The translations under genes and the position numbers were made by a program. From assembly GCA_947630765.1 (NCBI GenBank), contig CANRIX010000001.1:26399-90398 (forward strand): a stretch of DNA of 64,000 nucleotides, in the 5' to 3' direction. This document shows, one piece after another, positions 53,699 through 64,000 of this stretch (position 1 is its first letter; each line of letters opens with the position of its first letter). The notes beneath the pieces are model-generated. The model saw nothing but the letters and a program-made list of their open reading frames with translations. It had not been told where the DNA came from and did not search any database. Source of the DNA: an uncultured Clostridia bacterium. GTDB taxonomy: Bacteria; Bacillota; Clostridia; Oscillospirales; CAG-382.

Positions 53699-53816
53699 TC
53701 CTTACGGGATTGGATTGATACCGGTCGCCCGGTTCTTCGCACCCAGTATACCCCCGGTGCGATAAAAAGTCAACCACGTTTTCGCCGTTTTTTGGGGCAA
53801 AAATGGGAAAATTCGG

Positions 53817-54755
53817 TTATTTTTTCGGATGCTGCTGGTCTGCGTAGAACCGCTCGAACGCGTACCCGTCGAAACCGGGGTCGTCCTCGCGCAGATCCGC
53901 TATCGCCACTTCCCCGCCGCCCGTCTCCTTCGACTTCTTCCCGGCGAGCATGATCTTCACGCCCATCGTCATATCCGGGACGGAAACCAGGTCGTTCGGC
54001 TTGCCTTCCAGCCACGCGCAGACGTGCTTGAGCATCGCTTCGTACAGCTTGTTGACGTCCAGCTTATAGGCAAAGCTGGTCTTGTTCGTCATGACCAGCG
54101 CCGTGGACGGCTGCCAGCCCTTCAGGCAGATGTGGTAGCACGCGGTCGCGCCGGAGACGAAACGGACGAAATAGGAGTCCGTCGGAACGTCCCCGACGAG
54201 CCCGGTCCCGATAAACCGGCAAGAAACCGCCTTGTCCCCCTGCAGGAAGCCGAGAATGGATTCGACGGAATGAATGGCGTAGTTAAATTCGTCCACGCCA
54301 ACCATCGTCGAAACGTGCAGGATCTGTCCGCGTTCCTCGGCGGGAACGGTGAAGAAGCTGTCGCGTTCGTAGGTGTAGCGCATCGCGGACGTGCCGAGAA
54401 TGACCTTTCCGCTCGCCGCGAGCGATTCAAGCGTTTTGCAGTCCCGCAGATTGCCGACGATGGGCTTGTCGATAAACACCGGGACGCCTGCGTCAAGGAA
54501 GGGCTTCGCCAGTTCGATATGACGGTCCCAGTTACAGCTCTGGATAAAAGCGATGTCGATGTGTTTCGCCATCTCCGCAAGGTCAGTGTAACGCTTTTCG
54601 AGGTGGAATTTCTCCAGGAAAGCGTCGACTTCCTCGTCCGTGCGGAAGCCGTCGTTGTAAATGGCGGTATAGCGGGCGACGTCCCCCTGCAGGAGGATCT
54701 CCGCGAAGGACGGCGCGTGCGACGTGTCGATATTGACGGTCCCGATTCTGTACAT
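53817..54755 (-). CDS. Gfo/Idh/MocA-family oxidoreductase-like protein
   Basis: Start placed at MYRIGTVNIDTSHA. N-terminal Rossmann-like half followed by block PVFIDKPI. The family call is from overall pattern only. Confidence 0.6.
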   Translation of the reverse strand: MYRIGTVNIDTSHAPSFAEILLQGDVARYTAIYNDGFRTDEEVDAFLEKFHLEKRYTDLAEMAKHIDIAFIQSCNWDRHIELAKPFLDAGVPVFIDKPIVGNLRDCKTLESLAASGKVILGTSAMRYTYERDSFFTVPAEERGQILHVSTMVGVDEFNYAIHSVESILGFLQGDKAVSCRFIGTGLVGDVPTDSYFVRFVSGATACYHICLKGWQPSTALVMTNKTSFAYKLDVNKLYEAMLKHVCAWLEGKPNDLVSVPDMTMGVKIMLAGKKSKETGGGEVAIADLREDDPGFDGYAFERFYADQQHPKK

Positions 54756-54872
54756 CTTTTCTACGCTCCTTTTTGCTTTTTGCAATTTGCATTGTAGCAC
54801 ACTTTTCCGCATATTGCAAGGGGGTACGCGAAAAAACCGCGGGCTGCTCCACGGCTTTTTTCGTTTGCGTTT

Positions 54873-57086
54873 TCAGTACAGCCGCACGGCGCAAACGGAC
54901 AGATCGTCCGCGCAGGAGGACTGCGTGCGGGCGGCGGTCAGCACCGCCGACGCGACGGCGTGCGCGTTGCCGGCGGACGCCATGGGGAGCTGGTTCGCCT
55001 CGGCGCGGAGTGCGCCGGAGGAATCGCCGACCTGCAGCACCCCGTCCGATAAAAGCAGCAGCATATCCCCCTTGCGGACGCGGAAGGTCCGCTTCTCGGC
55101 GATGATGTCCCGCATGATGCCGGCGGGCGGCGTCTTGGACTCGAACCGTCGGCAGACGCCGTCGCGGAACAGGAGCGTCGGCGCGGCGCCTGCCTTGATA
55201 AGCGTGGCGGAGCAGGTGTAGCGGTCGATCTCGAGCAGGTCGATCGTGGCGAAAACTTCCTTTTCCTTCTGCTGCAGCGCCTTATTAACCATCTGCAGTG
55301 CGTCGGCCTTGTCCGCTCCGACGGTCAGCAGTTTCTCCAGCATGATCGCCGCAAGCCGGGAACTGAGCGCAGCGTCCCGCCCGGACCCCATACCGTCCGA
55401 CAGCAGGCAGTAGAAGTAGCCGTCCTCCGTTTCAAAAAAGGAAACTGTGTCCCCGCTGACCTTTTCGCCCATCTTCGACGCCGTGCATTTGGCGTACTCC
55501 ACGCGAAGGCGGGGCGCGGAGGTCAGTTTCATGACCGCGTACTCCCCGCCGAGCAGGAACTCCGGCTCGGACAGATTCGTCCCGACCCGCTCCGACAGCG
55601 TCGCGGAAATGCGGGCGGCGGAAGCGGAGACTTCGCGCAGGCGCACCCCGAACACCTCGATGGTCCGCAGGCGTGTCCCGGTCACGCGGACCCCGTCGCA
55701 GGGGATCTTCATCTCCCGCAGGGAATCCCGCACCTTCACGGCGGCCGCCTTGTCGTTCGTCCGCGACGCCTCCTCCCGCCGTGCGGCAGCGTCGAGGAGG
55801 GAGGAAAGGTTCGCGTATTCCGCCGCCATACGGCGGATCCCCTTTTCGCTCTCCTTTTCGCGCAGGGTCGGCAGGTTGTTGACCGTCTTTGACATGGCGC
55901 GTATGCTCGGACAGCGACGGGTGATGTGCAGCGGCAGGTCGGGGACATGGATCACGCCCTGCTCCCGCATCCGGTCGACAAAGCAGTTGCAGATCTCGCT
56001 TTCGTCGAGGTCGCAGCCCTCGCAGTTTCGACAGAAGGCCCGCACGACGGTCTGAACCCCCTGCACGGTTCGGTCGACGCTCTGCGGGGCGGCGTTTTCG
56101 GAAACCGTGTAAAACAGCCCGGAGAGCGAGGAGAAGGCCGCTGCGTACTTTTCCAGCCGCAGATCCTTGACCTTCAGCGGGGACGCCGCAGGCGGGAGCT
56201 TCTTCGGGACGTACTTCTGCAGCGGCAGAAAGCCCGCGCAGGCCGCCAGCAGAAGCACCGCCGCCGGGAGCACCGTCGCGCTGTCTGCGAGGTACCAGTA
56301 GCCGGAAACCGAGATCATGTACGCCAGCAGCAGCGCCAGAACCTCCGAGCCGGGTGCGAGCAGACCGTAGGTGATGCCGACAACGCCGAGCGCCCCCGCC
56401 GCCGCGCCGCCTGCGGTCAATCCACAGAGCAGACCCGTCACGCAGCCGAACGCGAAGCCCTTGTTCCGCGACATGCAGAGCGTGAACACCGCGCCGACCG
56501 GCAGGGCGAGCGGCGCACCGAACGCGGCAAAGGGACGAAACACCTGCGTGAGCGCGAACGCGCAGCCGAGCAGGGACAAATCATAGAACCGTCCCTGCTG
56601 CAAAAACTGGCAGAACAGCCAGCAGAACGCGGGGATAAAGACCGAAAGCCCCGCCGTCATGACGGTCTGCGCCGGGGTGTCCGCACTAAGCAGACTCCCG
56701 ACCGCTGTGAGCAGCGCGGCGGTCGACGCGAAGAACATTCGGTACAGATTTTTCGCCGGTTTTTCCGCTTTTGCGGACGAGAACAGTTCGCGAAGTTTCG
56801 CCTTACCCGTTCTGCCTTTTCCGCGCTTCTCCGCCGCGCACAGCGCAAAATAACAGCCGAGCAGGCAGACGAGCAGTGCGAGCCGCCCCGACCCGCAGAA
56901 CGGCGTCGCCGCGACGCACCCGAGCAGGAGCGCCGGGCGGCATTTCTCCGAAGCGCAGAGCAGCGCGACGCCGAACGGGTGCGCCCCCTCCGCAAGCGAC
57001 GCGCAGGACAGCAGAAATCCGCCGGCGAAAGCGAGCAATTCCGCCCGTTTTTCCGCAAGTTTCCGTTTCAATACCGAAAAATCCAT
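54873..57086 (-). CDS. spoIIE: stage II sporulation protein E (PP2C phosphatase)
   Basis: Start placed at MDFSVLKRKL after RBS aggggaagg. About 10 TM helices, then a PP2C-type C-terminal domain with LLSDGMGSGRDAA and LLLLSDGV. Confidence 0.85.
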   Translation of the reverse strand: MDFSVLKRKLAEKRAELLAFAGGFLLSCASLAEGAHPFGVALLCASEKCRPALLLGCVAATPFCGSGRLALLVCLLGCYFALCAAEKRGKGRTGKAKLRELFSSAKAEKPAKNLYRMFFASTAALLTAVGSLLSADTPAQTVMTAGLSVFIPAFCWLFCQFLQQGRFYDLSLLGCAFALTQVFRPFAAFGAPLALPVGAVFTLCMSRNKGFAFGCVTGLLCGLTAGGAAAGALGVVGITYGLLAPGSEVLALLLAYMISVSGYWYLADSATVLPAAVLLLAACAGFLPLQKYVPKKLPPAASPLKVKDLRLEKYAAAFSSLSGLFYTVSENAAPQSVDRTVQGVQTVVRAFCRNCEGCDLDESEICNCFVDRMREQGVIHVPDLPLHITRRCPSIRAMSKTVNNLPTLREKESEKGIRRMAAEYANLSSLLDAAARREEASRTNDKAAAVKVRDSLREMKIPCDGVRVTGTRLRTIEVFGVRLREVSASAARISATLSERVGTNLSEPEFLLGGEYAVMKLTSAPRLRVEYAKCTASKMGEKVSGDTVSFFETEDGYFYCLLSDGMGSGRDAALSSRLAAIMLEKLLTVGADKADALQMVNKALQQKEKEVFATIDLLEIDRYTCSATLIKAGAAPTLLFRDGVCRRFESKTPPAGIMRDIIAEKRTFRVRKGDMLLLLSDGVLQVGDSSGALRAEANQLPMASAGNAHAVASAVLTAARTQSSCADDLSVCAVRLY

Positions 57087-57312
57087 GAACATCCTTCCCC
57101 TTTGCCATCCGTTTTCTGCCGACGGGCGTTGACCCGTGGCGGTATGTTTGATTATACGACGGACGGTCGGCGGGGCGTGTCGAAGGGACGGAACGGTTTT
57201 TCTGTTCTTTTGCACTCTTTTCGCCGGTTTCGGCTTTTGCGGCAAAAAAAGTCCCGCGTTTGTAAAAGACGCGGGAATATTCGGTTCCGAATGCTATTTT
57301 TGCGGGATTCGG

Positions 57313-58338
57313 TTAAACGGTGGCCTTCCCTGCCAGAATCCGCTGATAATCCTCGAAATTCCGCCGCAGCAGGGCAGGCGTATCCAGTCCGTACGGGCAC
57401 TTCGACGTGCAGTGTCCGCAGCGAATACAGTCGTCAACCTTTTGCATCATCGCCTGGCTTTCCGGCGTCAGCCAGCCGGCGGACGGACTGCGGCGTATCA
57501 GCTGGGACATGCGGGCGCAGGTGCTGATCTGGATCCCCTGCGGGCAGGGCATACAGTATCCGCACGCCCGGCAGAAGTCGCCCTGCAGTTCCCTGCGGTC
57601 CTTTTCGACGGCGGCAAGCAGCTCGTCCGTCAATGCCGGCGGGGATTCGCCGTAGGAGATAAATTCCTCCAGCTCTCGCAGCCGCTGAACGCCCCAGATC
57701 GGCAGGACGTTTTCAAACTGCGCCATCCACGCGAAAGCGGCCTTCGCGTTGGTCAGCAGTCCGCCGGAAAGCCCCTTCATCGCGATGAATCCGACCTGTT
57801 TTTCCGCGCACAGGCGGACCAGCGCAAGGTCCGGCTCCGACGCGAGGTGGCAAAACGGGAACTGCAGCGTTTCATACAGCCCGGAACGGACCGCCTCCTC
57901 CGCCGTGCGCAGGCGGTGATTGGTGATCCCGATATGGCGGACAAGCCCCTGCGCCTTCGCTTCGAGCATCGCTTCGTACAGCCCGCTGCCATCGCCGGGG
58001 GTCGGAACGGACGCAGGATTGTGGAACTGATACAGATCGACGTAGTCCGTGCGCAAATTCCGCAGGGATTCGTGCAGATCCCGCCAAAAGCCGTCGGCGT
58101 CCTTCGACGCGGTCTTGGTCGCAAGGAAAATCTGCGGTCGCACGTCCGCGAGCGCGAGTCCGATCTTGCGTTCGCTGTCCGAATAGGCGCGGGCGGTATC
58201 GAAAAAGACGATCCCCGCGTCGTATGCCCTGCGGAGCAGTGCGCAGGCGTCCTGTTCCGAAATGCGCTGGATCGGCAGGGCGCCGAAGCCGTTCTTGGGT
58301 ACCGTGACGCCGGTTTTGCCGAGGGTGACGGTTTGCAT
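57313..58338 (-). CDS. aldo/keto reductase with C-terminal 4Fe-4S cluster motifs
   Basis: AKR N-terminus FGALPIQR...FFDTARAYSDSE. C-terminal motifs CRACGYCMPCP and CIRCGHCTSKCP. Confidence 0.85.
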   Translation of the reverse strand: MQTVTLGKTGVTVPKNGFGALPIQRISEQDACALLRRAYDAGIVFFDTARAYSDSERKIGLALADVRPQIFLATKTASKDADGFWRDLHESLRNLRTDYVDLYQFHNPASVPTPGDGSGLYEAMLEAKAQGLVRHIGITNHRLRTAEEAVRSGLYETLQFPFCHLASEPDLALVRLCAEKQVGFIAMKGLSGGLLTNAKAAFAWMAQFENVLPIWGVQRLRELEEFISYGESPPALTDELLAAVEKDRRELQGDFCRACGYCMPCPQGIQISTCARMSQLIRRSPSAGWLTPESQAMMQKVDDCIRCGHCTSKCPYGLDTPALLRRNFEDYQRILAGKATV

Positions 58339-58425
58339 GGAGAATCCCCTCCTGTTTATAAAAAGATTATAAAAAGAATTGAAAGAAAACAGGGAGCGGA
58401 CGCGCCGCGTCCGCCCCGATCAAAT

Positions 58426-59028
58426 TCAGTTGTCCTTGGCGAACGCGCAGATGACGTCCGCTGTCTTTTCGATCCCGAGCGCACCGCTGTTGAGCAGCAT
58501 GTCGTAGTTCCGGCGTGCGCCCCAGATGCTGTCGGTGAATTCCTCGTAATGGCGCGCACGGCGTTTATCCGACTGCGTCATCAGCTTTTCCGCCTTCGAC
58601 GGGTCCTCGCCGTACTCCTCGACGATGCGCTTGACGCGGGACTTCTTATCCGCGTAGATGAAGACGCGCAGGACGTCCGAACGGTCGCGCAGAATATAGT
58701 CCGCGCACCGACCGACGATGACGCACGGGGTCTCGGCGAACTTCAAAATCACGTCCCGCTGCGCGAGAAAGACCTGCGTATTCAGGTCAAGCGACGCGCC
58801 GGTCTGGTTGACGTAGCCGTAGCTCGTGCCGATGGCGAGGTCATAAAGGAAAGAGCGGGTGACGATCTGATCGTTTTCCTCGATTGCCTCCACAGCCAGC
58901 CCGGAGTGCTTCGCGGCTTCGTCCACCAACTCGCGATCGTAGTACGGTACGCCGAGCTTCTGCGCGACCAGCTTGCCGATGGTGCGTCCGCCGCTTCCGT
59001 ATTCGCGACCGATGGTGATGATTTTCAT
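58426..59028 (-). CDS. cytidylate kinase-like family protein
   Basis: Start placed at MKIITIGREYGSGGRTIGKLVAQKLGVPYYDREL, the typical N-terminus of this family. Confidence 0.8.
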   Translation of the reverse strand: MKIITIGREYGSGGRTIGKLVAQKLGVPYYDRELVDEAAKHSGLAVEAIEENDQIVTRSFLYDLAIGTSYGYVNQTGASLDLNTQVFLAQRDVILKFAETPCVIVGRCADYILRDRSDVLRVFIYADKKSRVKRIVEEYGEDPSKAEKLMTQSDKRRARHYEEFTDSIWGARRNYDMLLNSGALGIEKTADVICAFAKDN

Positions 59029-59192
59029 AAAATGACCATTCCCTTCCTTGGTATTCCGGCAAATACAGTATAGCATACTTCTTTCCGTTTGTCAACGAAA
59101 AAAGGGGTCAATCTATGAAAAAACCGCGTATTGTACGCAAAAGTGGTCCGTTTTTTGTGCTTTTTTCACGAGAAACTTAGGACAATTCGCCC

Positions 59193-59882
59193 TCAAAGGA
59201 AAGCGGCATTCTTCAGCATCGGACGGCACGTTTCTTCGGCAATGATGTAATGCTCGAGCAGCTTGACACCGTGCATTTGCAGGGTCAGGCGGACCTTTTC
59301 GGTAGACATCCGATCCTCCTCCGAAGGTTCGAGGGTCCCGTTCGGGTGATTGTGGGCGAGCAGGACCGACGCCGCTTCGAGGTGGGTCGCCGTATCGACG
59401 ATCGGGTCGAGCAGGAACTGCGCGGAACCTCCGTCGCCGACGATACACTGCCGGGAAAGCAGGCGGCCGGATTTATCCAGATAAAAGATGAGGAGATGCT
59501 CCTTACCGAATCCGCGGAATTGGGACGGCAGATAGACCTCCAGGAAACGCGGGTCCGAAAAGAAGAGCCGGGCGGACAGGTAAAGCGAACGGCTCAGCAG
59601 GTGCTGCATAAGGGCAAAGAAGGATTCCGTCCCAGACGAGAGCTTGGCGACCGAACGCAGCTCGTCCGGCGACGCAAGCAGAACGCTTTCAAGGCAACCG
59701 AAATGGTCGATGAGCGCCGCAGCGACGCCCGCCGTATCCACGCGCGGAATGGAATAGTACAGCAGGATCTCCATCAGTTCACATTCCGTCATTGCGCCCG
59801 GTCCGACCTCCGCCATGCGTTCCCGCATCCGCTGGCGGTGTCCTTCGTGGGGTCTGGGTTCCCGCGAGGTCTTTTTCGCCAT
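59193..59882 (-). CDS. radC: RadC-like JAB/MPN domain protein
   Basis: Start placed at MAKKTSREP. N-terminal block HRQRMRERM and JAMM block LAHNHPNGTLEPSEEDRMST. Confidence 0.85.
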   Translation of the reverse strand: MAKKTSREPRPHEGHRQRMRERMAEVGPGAMTECELMEILLYYSIPRVDTAGVAAALIDHFGCLESVLLASPDELRSVAKLSSGTESFFALMQHLLSRSLYLSARLFFSDPRFLEVYLPSQFRGFGKEHLLIFYLDKSGRLLSRQCIVGDGGSAQFLLDPIVDTATHLEAASVLLAHNHPNGTLEPSEEDRMSTEKVRLTLQMHGVKLLEHYIIAEETCRPMLKNAAFL

Positions 59883-59886
59883 GACG

Positions 59887-60525
59887 TCAACCTCCGTTTT
59901 CTTCCTGCGGATTTTTTGCTTCGAGCTGCTTTTTGATGACCTTCTGACGGGCAAACTCCTCCCGTTCCTTCTCCGAAAGCGCCTCCGTGATGACGGCGAT
60001 GGCTTCGGTATAGCGGGGGATCATGATGTTCTTCAGGGCGTTCGCGCGCTTCTGCGTCTTGCGGATCCCCTCTGCAAGGCGAAAGACGCCGCTTTCCAGC
60101 TCCGCGAGCTGCACCGTCAATTGTCGGGCCTCGTTGAACTTCAGATACGCGACGTCGAGGTTGACGTCGGTTCGGTGAAACCCGCCCGGGGCGGACGGCG
60201 GAACGTACTCGTCCCGCACCGACGGGATCTCCACCCCCATGACGCTCCGCCCGGACAGGCGAAGCGAGTCGTCGAGCGGGACGGACGCGGCGATCTCGTC
60301 GACGATGCCGAGCAGGATATTGGAGCGCCGCAGGGCGTCGTACGCCTCCTGATAGGTCTGCCGAATGCGCATCTGGATATCCTGCGCACGGTCGATCATG
60401 CCGAGCGTTTCGCGAATGAGGATGTTGCGCTTGCGGTCGAGCAGCTCATAGCCGTTCTGCGCGAGCGCAAGGGTTCGCTTGAGACGCAGCAGGTTGCTTT
60501 TGGTCGCGACGATCCGCTCCGCCAT
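59887..60525 (-). CDS. ntpD: V-type ATP synthase subunit D
   Basis: 212 aa, starting ATKSNLLRLKRTLALAQNGYELLDRKRNILI. Follows subunit B. Confidence 0.88.
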   Translation of the reverse strand: MAERIVATKSNLLRLKRTLALAQNGYELLDRKRNILIRETLGMIDRAQDIQMRIRQTYQEAYDALRRSNILLGIVDEIAASVPLDDSLRLSGRSVMGVEIPSVRDEYVPPSAPGGFHRTDVNLDVAYLKFNEARQLTVQLAELESGVFRLAEGIRKTQKRANALKNIMIPRYTEAIAVITEALSEKEREEFARQKVIKKQLEAKNPQEENGG

Positions 60526-60527
60526 GG

Positions 60528-61907
60528 TCAGTCACCCTCCCCAAAATGTTCGGCGAGCAGTTTCGGATCCAGACGGTCCATTTCGGATGCGGGCAGCAGT
60601 TTCAGCATTTCCCAGCCGAGGTCGAGCGTTTCCTCGATGGAACGGCTCTCGTGCTGTCCCTGCGCGATGAAGCGGGTCTCAAACGCCTGCCCGAACTGCA
60701 GGTACCGGCGGTCGGTTTCGCTCAGCTCGTCCTCACCGATGACGGCCGAGAGCGCACGGGCGTCCTGCACCTTGGAATAGGACGAAAATAACTGGTTCAT
60801 CAGCGACGCGTGGTCGGCACGGGTGTACCCCTCCCCGATGCCGTCCTTCATCAGACGCGACAGGCTGAGCAGGACGTTGATCGGCGGATAGATCCCCTTG
60901 CCGTTCAGGGCGCGGTCGAGCACGATCTGCCCTTCCGTGATATACCCGGTCAGGTCGGGGATCGGGTGACTGATGTCGTCGTTCGGCATGGTCAGGATCG
61001 GGATCTGCGTGACAGACCCGCTCTTGCCCTTGACCATTCCCGCCCGCTCGTACAGCGACGCGAGGTCGGAATACAGGTAGCCGGGGTATCCCTTTCGTCC
61101 GGGGATCTCCCCTTTCGACGAGGAAAATTCCCGCAACGCTTCGCAATAGGAGGTCATGTCCGTCATGACGACCAGAACGTGCATCCCGAGGTCGAACGCG
61201 AGGTACTCGGCGGCAGTCAGCGCACAGCGGGGCGTGACCGTCCGTTCGATGATCGGGTCGTTGGAGGTGTTGAGGAACATTGCGACGTGGTCGAGCACGC
61301 CTGCGTCCTCAAAGCAGCGGCGGAAATACGCCGCGACGTCGTTTTTGACCCCCATCGCGGCGAACACGACGGCGAACTGCCCGCGTTCCTCGCCGGCGAT
61401 CTTCGCCTGGCTGACGATCTGGACGGCAAGCTCGTTATGCTTCATGCCGTAGCCGGAAAAAATCGGCAGTTTCTGCCCGCGGATCAGCGTGGAAAGCGCG
61501 TCGATCGCGGAAATGCCGGTGCAGATATAGTTGCGGGGGTAGACCCGTTCGACCGGGTTGATCGCCGAACCGTTGATGTCCCGCACGCAGTCGGAAAAGA
61601 CCGGGCCGAGCCCGTCGCGGGGCTTGCCGGTCCCGTCGAACACCCGTCCGAGGATCCCGGCGGACAGCGGAAGCGACATGGGACGTCCGCGAAATACGGT
61701 TTCCGTGTTTTCCAAGGAAAATCCCGACGTCCCCTCGAACACCTGCACGATGACGCGGTCGCCGTCGATGCGGGCGATCTTGCCGGTACGGACCGTGCCG
61801 TCCCGCATACGGATCTCCGCCTGCTCCTCGTAGCCGACCCCCGTCACGCCCTCGAGCGCGATGAGCGACCCGGAAACTTCGTTTAACCCCTGATAGGAGA
61901 TGATCAT
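60528..61907 (-). CDS. ntpB: V-type ATP synthase subunit B
   Basis: 459 aa with blocks [20 protein letters not shown] and [20 protein letters not shown]. Confidence 0.93.
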   Translation of the reverse strand: MIISYQGLNEVSGSLIALEGVTGVGYEEQAEIRMRDGTVRTGKIARIDGDRVIVQVFEGTSGFSLENTETVFRGRPMSLPLSAGILGRVFDGTGKPRDGLGPVFSDCVRDINGSAINPVERVYPRNYICTGISAIDALSTLIRGQKLPIFSGYGMKHNELAVQIVSQAKIAGEERGQFAVVFAAMGVKNDVAAYFRRCFEDAGVLDHVAMFLNTSNDPIIERTVTPRCALTAAEYLAFDLGMHVLVVMTDMTSYCEALREFSSSKGEIPGRKGYPGYLYSDLASLYERAGMVKGKSGSVTQIPILTMPNDDISHPIPDLTGYITEGQIVLDRALNGKGIYPPINVLLSLSRLMKDGIGEGYTRADHASLMNQLFSSYSKVQDARALSAVIGEDELSETDRRYLQFGQAFETRFIAQGQHESRSIEETLDLGWEMLKLLPASEMDRLDPKLLAEHFGEGD

Positions 61908-61929
61908 CTGTCCGTTCTGCCTCCTTCCG

Positions 61930-63696
61930 TTACTGGGCGGCGAGCCGCTCGACGGTCTGGTCGATCTCGGCGTCGAGCGTGTCGAACCCGGAAAGGTCCG
62001 TGTTGGGAATGTCGAATTTCATGCGGATCAGCTTTTCATAGAGCCCGCTCTCCGCAACGCGCGAAGCGGGTTTGCCCTTCTCGATCAGCGTCCGGGACGC
62101 GTCGTAAAGGTGCAGGATGGTCTTCATCATGTGGAACTGCTTTTCGAGCGGGACGTAGGTGTCCTCGGGGTGGTAAGCGTTCTGCTGCAGAAAACCGACG
62201 CGAATGACCCGGGCGATGTCGATGATCAGCCGTTGATCGTCCGGCAGGACGTCCGCGCCGATGAGCTTGACGATCTCCATAAGCGAGCTTTCCTCCAGCA
62301 GCAGCGAAACGATGCGGCGGCGGTATTCGCCGAAATGCGGGTCGATCCGGGCGTTGAAATACGGGGCGAGGTCCGGCTCGTATTCGCTGTAGCTGTCCAG
62401 CCAGTTGATGGAGGGGTAGTGCCGCGCATAGGCGAGGGACTTGTCGAGCGCCCAGAAAACGCGGGTGAACCGCTTGGTATTCTGCGTGACCGGCTCGGAA
62501 AAATCGCTCCCCTGCGGAGAGACCGCGCCGATGACCGTCACCGAGCCACGGCGGCCGCACAGCGTCGTCACGCTCCCCGCACGCTCGTAAAACGCGGACA
62601 GGCGGGACGGCAGATACGCCGGGAAGCCTTCCTCGGCAGGCATCTCCTCCAGACGGCCGGAAATCTCCCGCAGCGCTTCCGCCCAGCGGGAAGTCGAATC
62701 CGCCATCATCGCCACGTCGTAGCCCATGTCGCGGAAGTACTCCGCGAGCGTGATGCCGGTGTAGATGGACGCTTCACGCGCCGCGACCGGCATATTCGAG
62801 GTGTTGGCGATGAGAATGGTGCGTTCGGTCAGCTTCTTGCCGGTGCGGGGGTCGATCAGTTCGCCGAACTCGTCGAGCACCTGCGTCATTTCGTTGCCGC
62901 GCTCCCCGCAGCCGACGTAGACGATCAGGTCCGCATCGCACCACTTGGCGAGCTGATGCTGGGTCATGGTCTTGCCGGTGCCGAATCCGCCCGGGATCGC
63001 GGCCGTGCCGCCCTTGGCGATTGGAAATACCGAATCGATGACCCGCTGTCCTGTGATCAGCGGAATGGTGAACGGCAGACGCTCCCGGAACGGTCGAGGC
63101 TGCCGGATCGGCCATTTCTGCGCGAGGCAGACCGGGTGTTCCTCCCCGTTCATATCCCGCAGGCGAATGATCGGCTCCTCGATGGTATATTCCCCGTCCG
63201 GTGCGGTCCAGACGACCATGCCGGAAAGCTCCGGCGGGACCATCGAGCGATGCAGGAAGCTCTCGGTCTCCCGCACCTCCGCAAAGACGCTTCCGCCGGA
63301 AAGCTCCTCCCCTTCCGAAACGATCACATGGGTCTCCCAGCGCTTCTGCGTGTCCAGTCCGCCGACCTGAGCGCCCCGCCCGATGAACACGCCGTCCTTC
63401 GCGGCGATGGCGCGAAGCGGACGCTCGATCCCGTCGAGGATGTCCCCGACAAGCCCCGGACCGAGCGTGACGGAAAGCGGCACACCGGCAGGTTCGACCG
63501 GGTCGCCCGGACGGACGCCCGTCGTTTCCTCGTAGACCTGGATGAGCGTCTCCTTCGACGTGACACGGATCACCTCACCGACCAGATGCTCCTTCCCGAC
63601 CAGCACCATTTCCTGCATGAAAAAGCTCTTGGTATCGCGAACGGTCACGACCGGGCCGTTCACGCCGTATACGACATTTCTCTGTGCTTCCATCAT
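61930..63696 (-). CDS. ntpA: V-type ATP synthase subunit A (catalytic)
   Basis: Start placed at [19 protein letters not shown] (M88 of the track ORF). Walker [17 protein letters not shown] and PAYLPSRL blocks. Confidence 0.93.
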   Translation of the reverse strand: MMEAQRNVVYGVNGPVVTVRDTKSFFMQEMVLVGKEHLVGEVIRVTSKETLIQVYEETTGVRPGDPVEPAGVPLSVTLGPGLVGDILDGIERPLRAIAAKDGVFIGRGAQVGGLDTQKRWETHVIVSEGEELSGGSVFAEVRETESFLHRSMVPPELSGMVVWTAPDGEYTIEEPIIRLRDMNGEEHPVCLAQKWPIRQPRPFRERLPFTIPLITGQRVIDSVFPIAKGGTAAIPGGFGTGKTMTQHQLAKWCDADLIVYVGCGERGNEMTQVLDEFGELIDPRTGKKLTERTILIANTSNMPVAAREASIYTGITLAEYFRDMGYDVAMMADSTSRWAEALREISGRLEEMPAEEGFPAYLPSRLSAFYERAGSVTTLCGRRGSVTVIGAVSPQGSDFSEPVTQNTKRFTRVFWALDKSLAYARHYPSINWLDSYSEYEPDLAPYFNARIDPHFGEYRRRIVSLLLEESSLMEIVKLIGADVLPDDQRLIIDIARVIRVGFLQQNAYHPEDTYVPLEKQFHMMKTILHLYDASRTLIEKGKPASRVAESGLYEKLIRMKFDIPNTDLSGFDTLDAEIDQTVERLAAQ

Positions 63697-64000
63697 GAAA
63701 TATCCAATCCCGCCGTTTCCGCAAAACGGCGTTTCTGCTCCGCAAGGAGCGTATCGAGCGTATCGTCCACCGTCACACGTCCGTCGGCAGAACGGGCGCG
63801 AAGCCCGCCGATGCGAATGGACTCGTCCCCGCAAAACGCCGTTCCTTCCGGGAAATACGGCTTGAGCAGCGACACGAACGAGAGATCCTTTTCGCGCAGG
63901 AACACCTGCGGCGCACCGTCCGGCAGCGCACGGGCGACCCGTTCCGCGGACGCGCACAGATGTCCCGCGTATTCTTCACCGGAAACGAACGCCAAAAGCC
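63693..64000 (-). CDS. V-ATPase operon protein upstream of subunit A, probably subunit F (possibly truncated by the window edge)
   Basis: Frame is open to the right edge and its stop overlaps the ntpA start by 4 nt. Position matches subunit F in I-K-E-C-F-A-B-D type operons. I did not recognise the sequence itself. Confidence 0.4.
   Translation of the reverse strand, partial: LLAFVSGEEYAGHLCASAERVARALPDGAPQVFLREKDLSFVSLLKPYFPEGTAFCGDESIRIGGLRARSADGRVTVDDTLDTLLAEQKRRFAETAGLDIS

Noticed and set aside
57136-59073. 645-aa plus-strand ORF; similar long ORFs at 55926-57527, 12948-14585, 24214-25917, 32272-33843 and 34850-36484
   Set aside because: All lie opposite strongly supported genes (AKR, CMP-kinase-like, spoIIE, ABC, ftsH, parC, parE, trpS) and have shadow-ORF composition.
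63697-63957. 87-codon upstream extension of the ntpA ORF
   Set aside because: Arg-rich and overlaps the upstream operon gene. The conserved subunit A N-terminus begins at [17 protein letters not shown].

Overview
GC-rich chromosomal segment (hand-counted 100-nt samples reach about 67% G+C). It comes from a spore-forming Firmicute, most likely Clostridia/Oscillospirales-like, given cwlD, spoIIE, yunB, a SpoIIM-like gene, a V-type ATPase, ThyX and TTGACA-N17-TATACT promoters. About 60 protein genes are supported. By eye I found no rRNA, tRNA, CRISPR array, transposase or prophage gene. Many long ORFs in the track are arginine/proline-rich antisense shadows of real genes and were discarded.

Housekeeping blocks:
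- Aconitase-icd.
- ACT/UPF0210 pair.
- cwlD-radA.
- A heterodimeric ABC exporter.
- xerD, a SpoIIM-like gene and proC.
- ftsH-tilS-dnaB-rplI-gdpP.
- A ParE/ParC-like type IIA topoisomerase and trpS.
- spoIIE.
- V-ATPase F?-A-B-D followed by radC.

The clearly accessory part is about 37.0-50.4 kb. Two tandemly duplicated M56 (BlaR1-like) sensor-protease genes share near-identical N-terminal halves but carry unrelated ectodomains. They face a nine-gene plus-strand operon: blaI, a third M56 gene, three mosaic paralogous lipoproteins, and a four-component ABC module. No beta-lactamase or PBP is present. The blaI promoter is overlapped by a three-half-site palindromic operator. I regard this as the best candidate for an undescribed sensing/immunity-like envelope system.

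Other second-look items:
- A processive GT2 synthase operon that includes a membrane-anchored protein with two cohesin-like domains.
- A PduL / NifU-like / GGGtGRT operon.
- An AT-rich thyX+GNAT islet carrying a thyX 3' relic as a direct repeat.
- An apparently compensated double frameshift at the tail of the 811-aa M56 gene.
- A DHHW-family protein whose signature reads DRNW.
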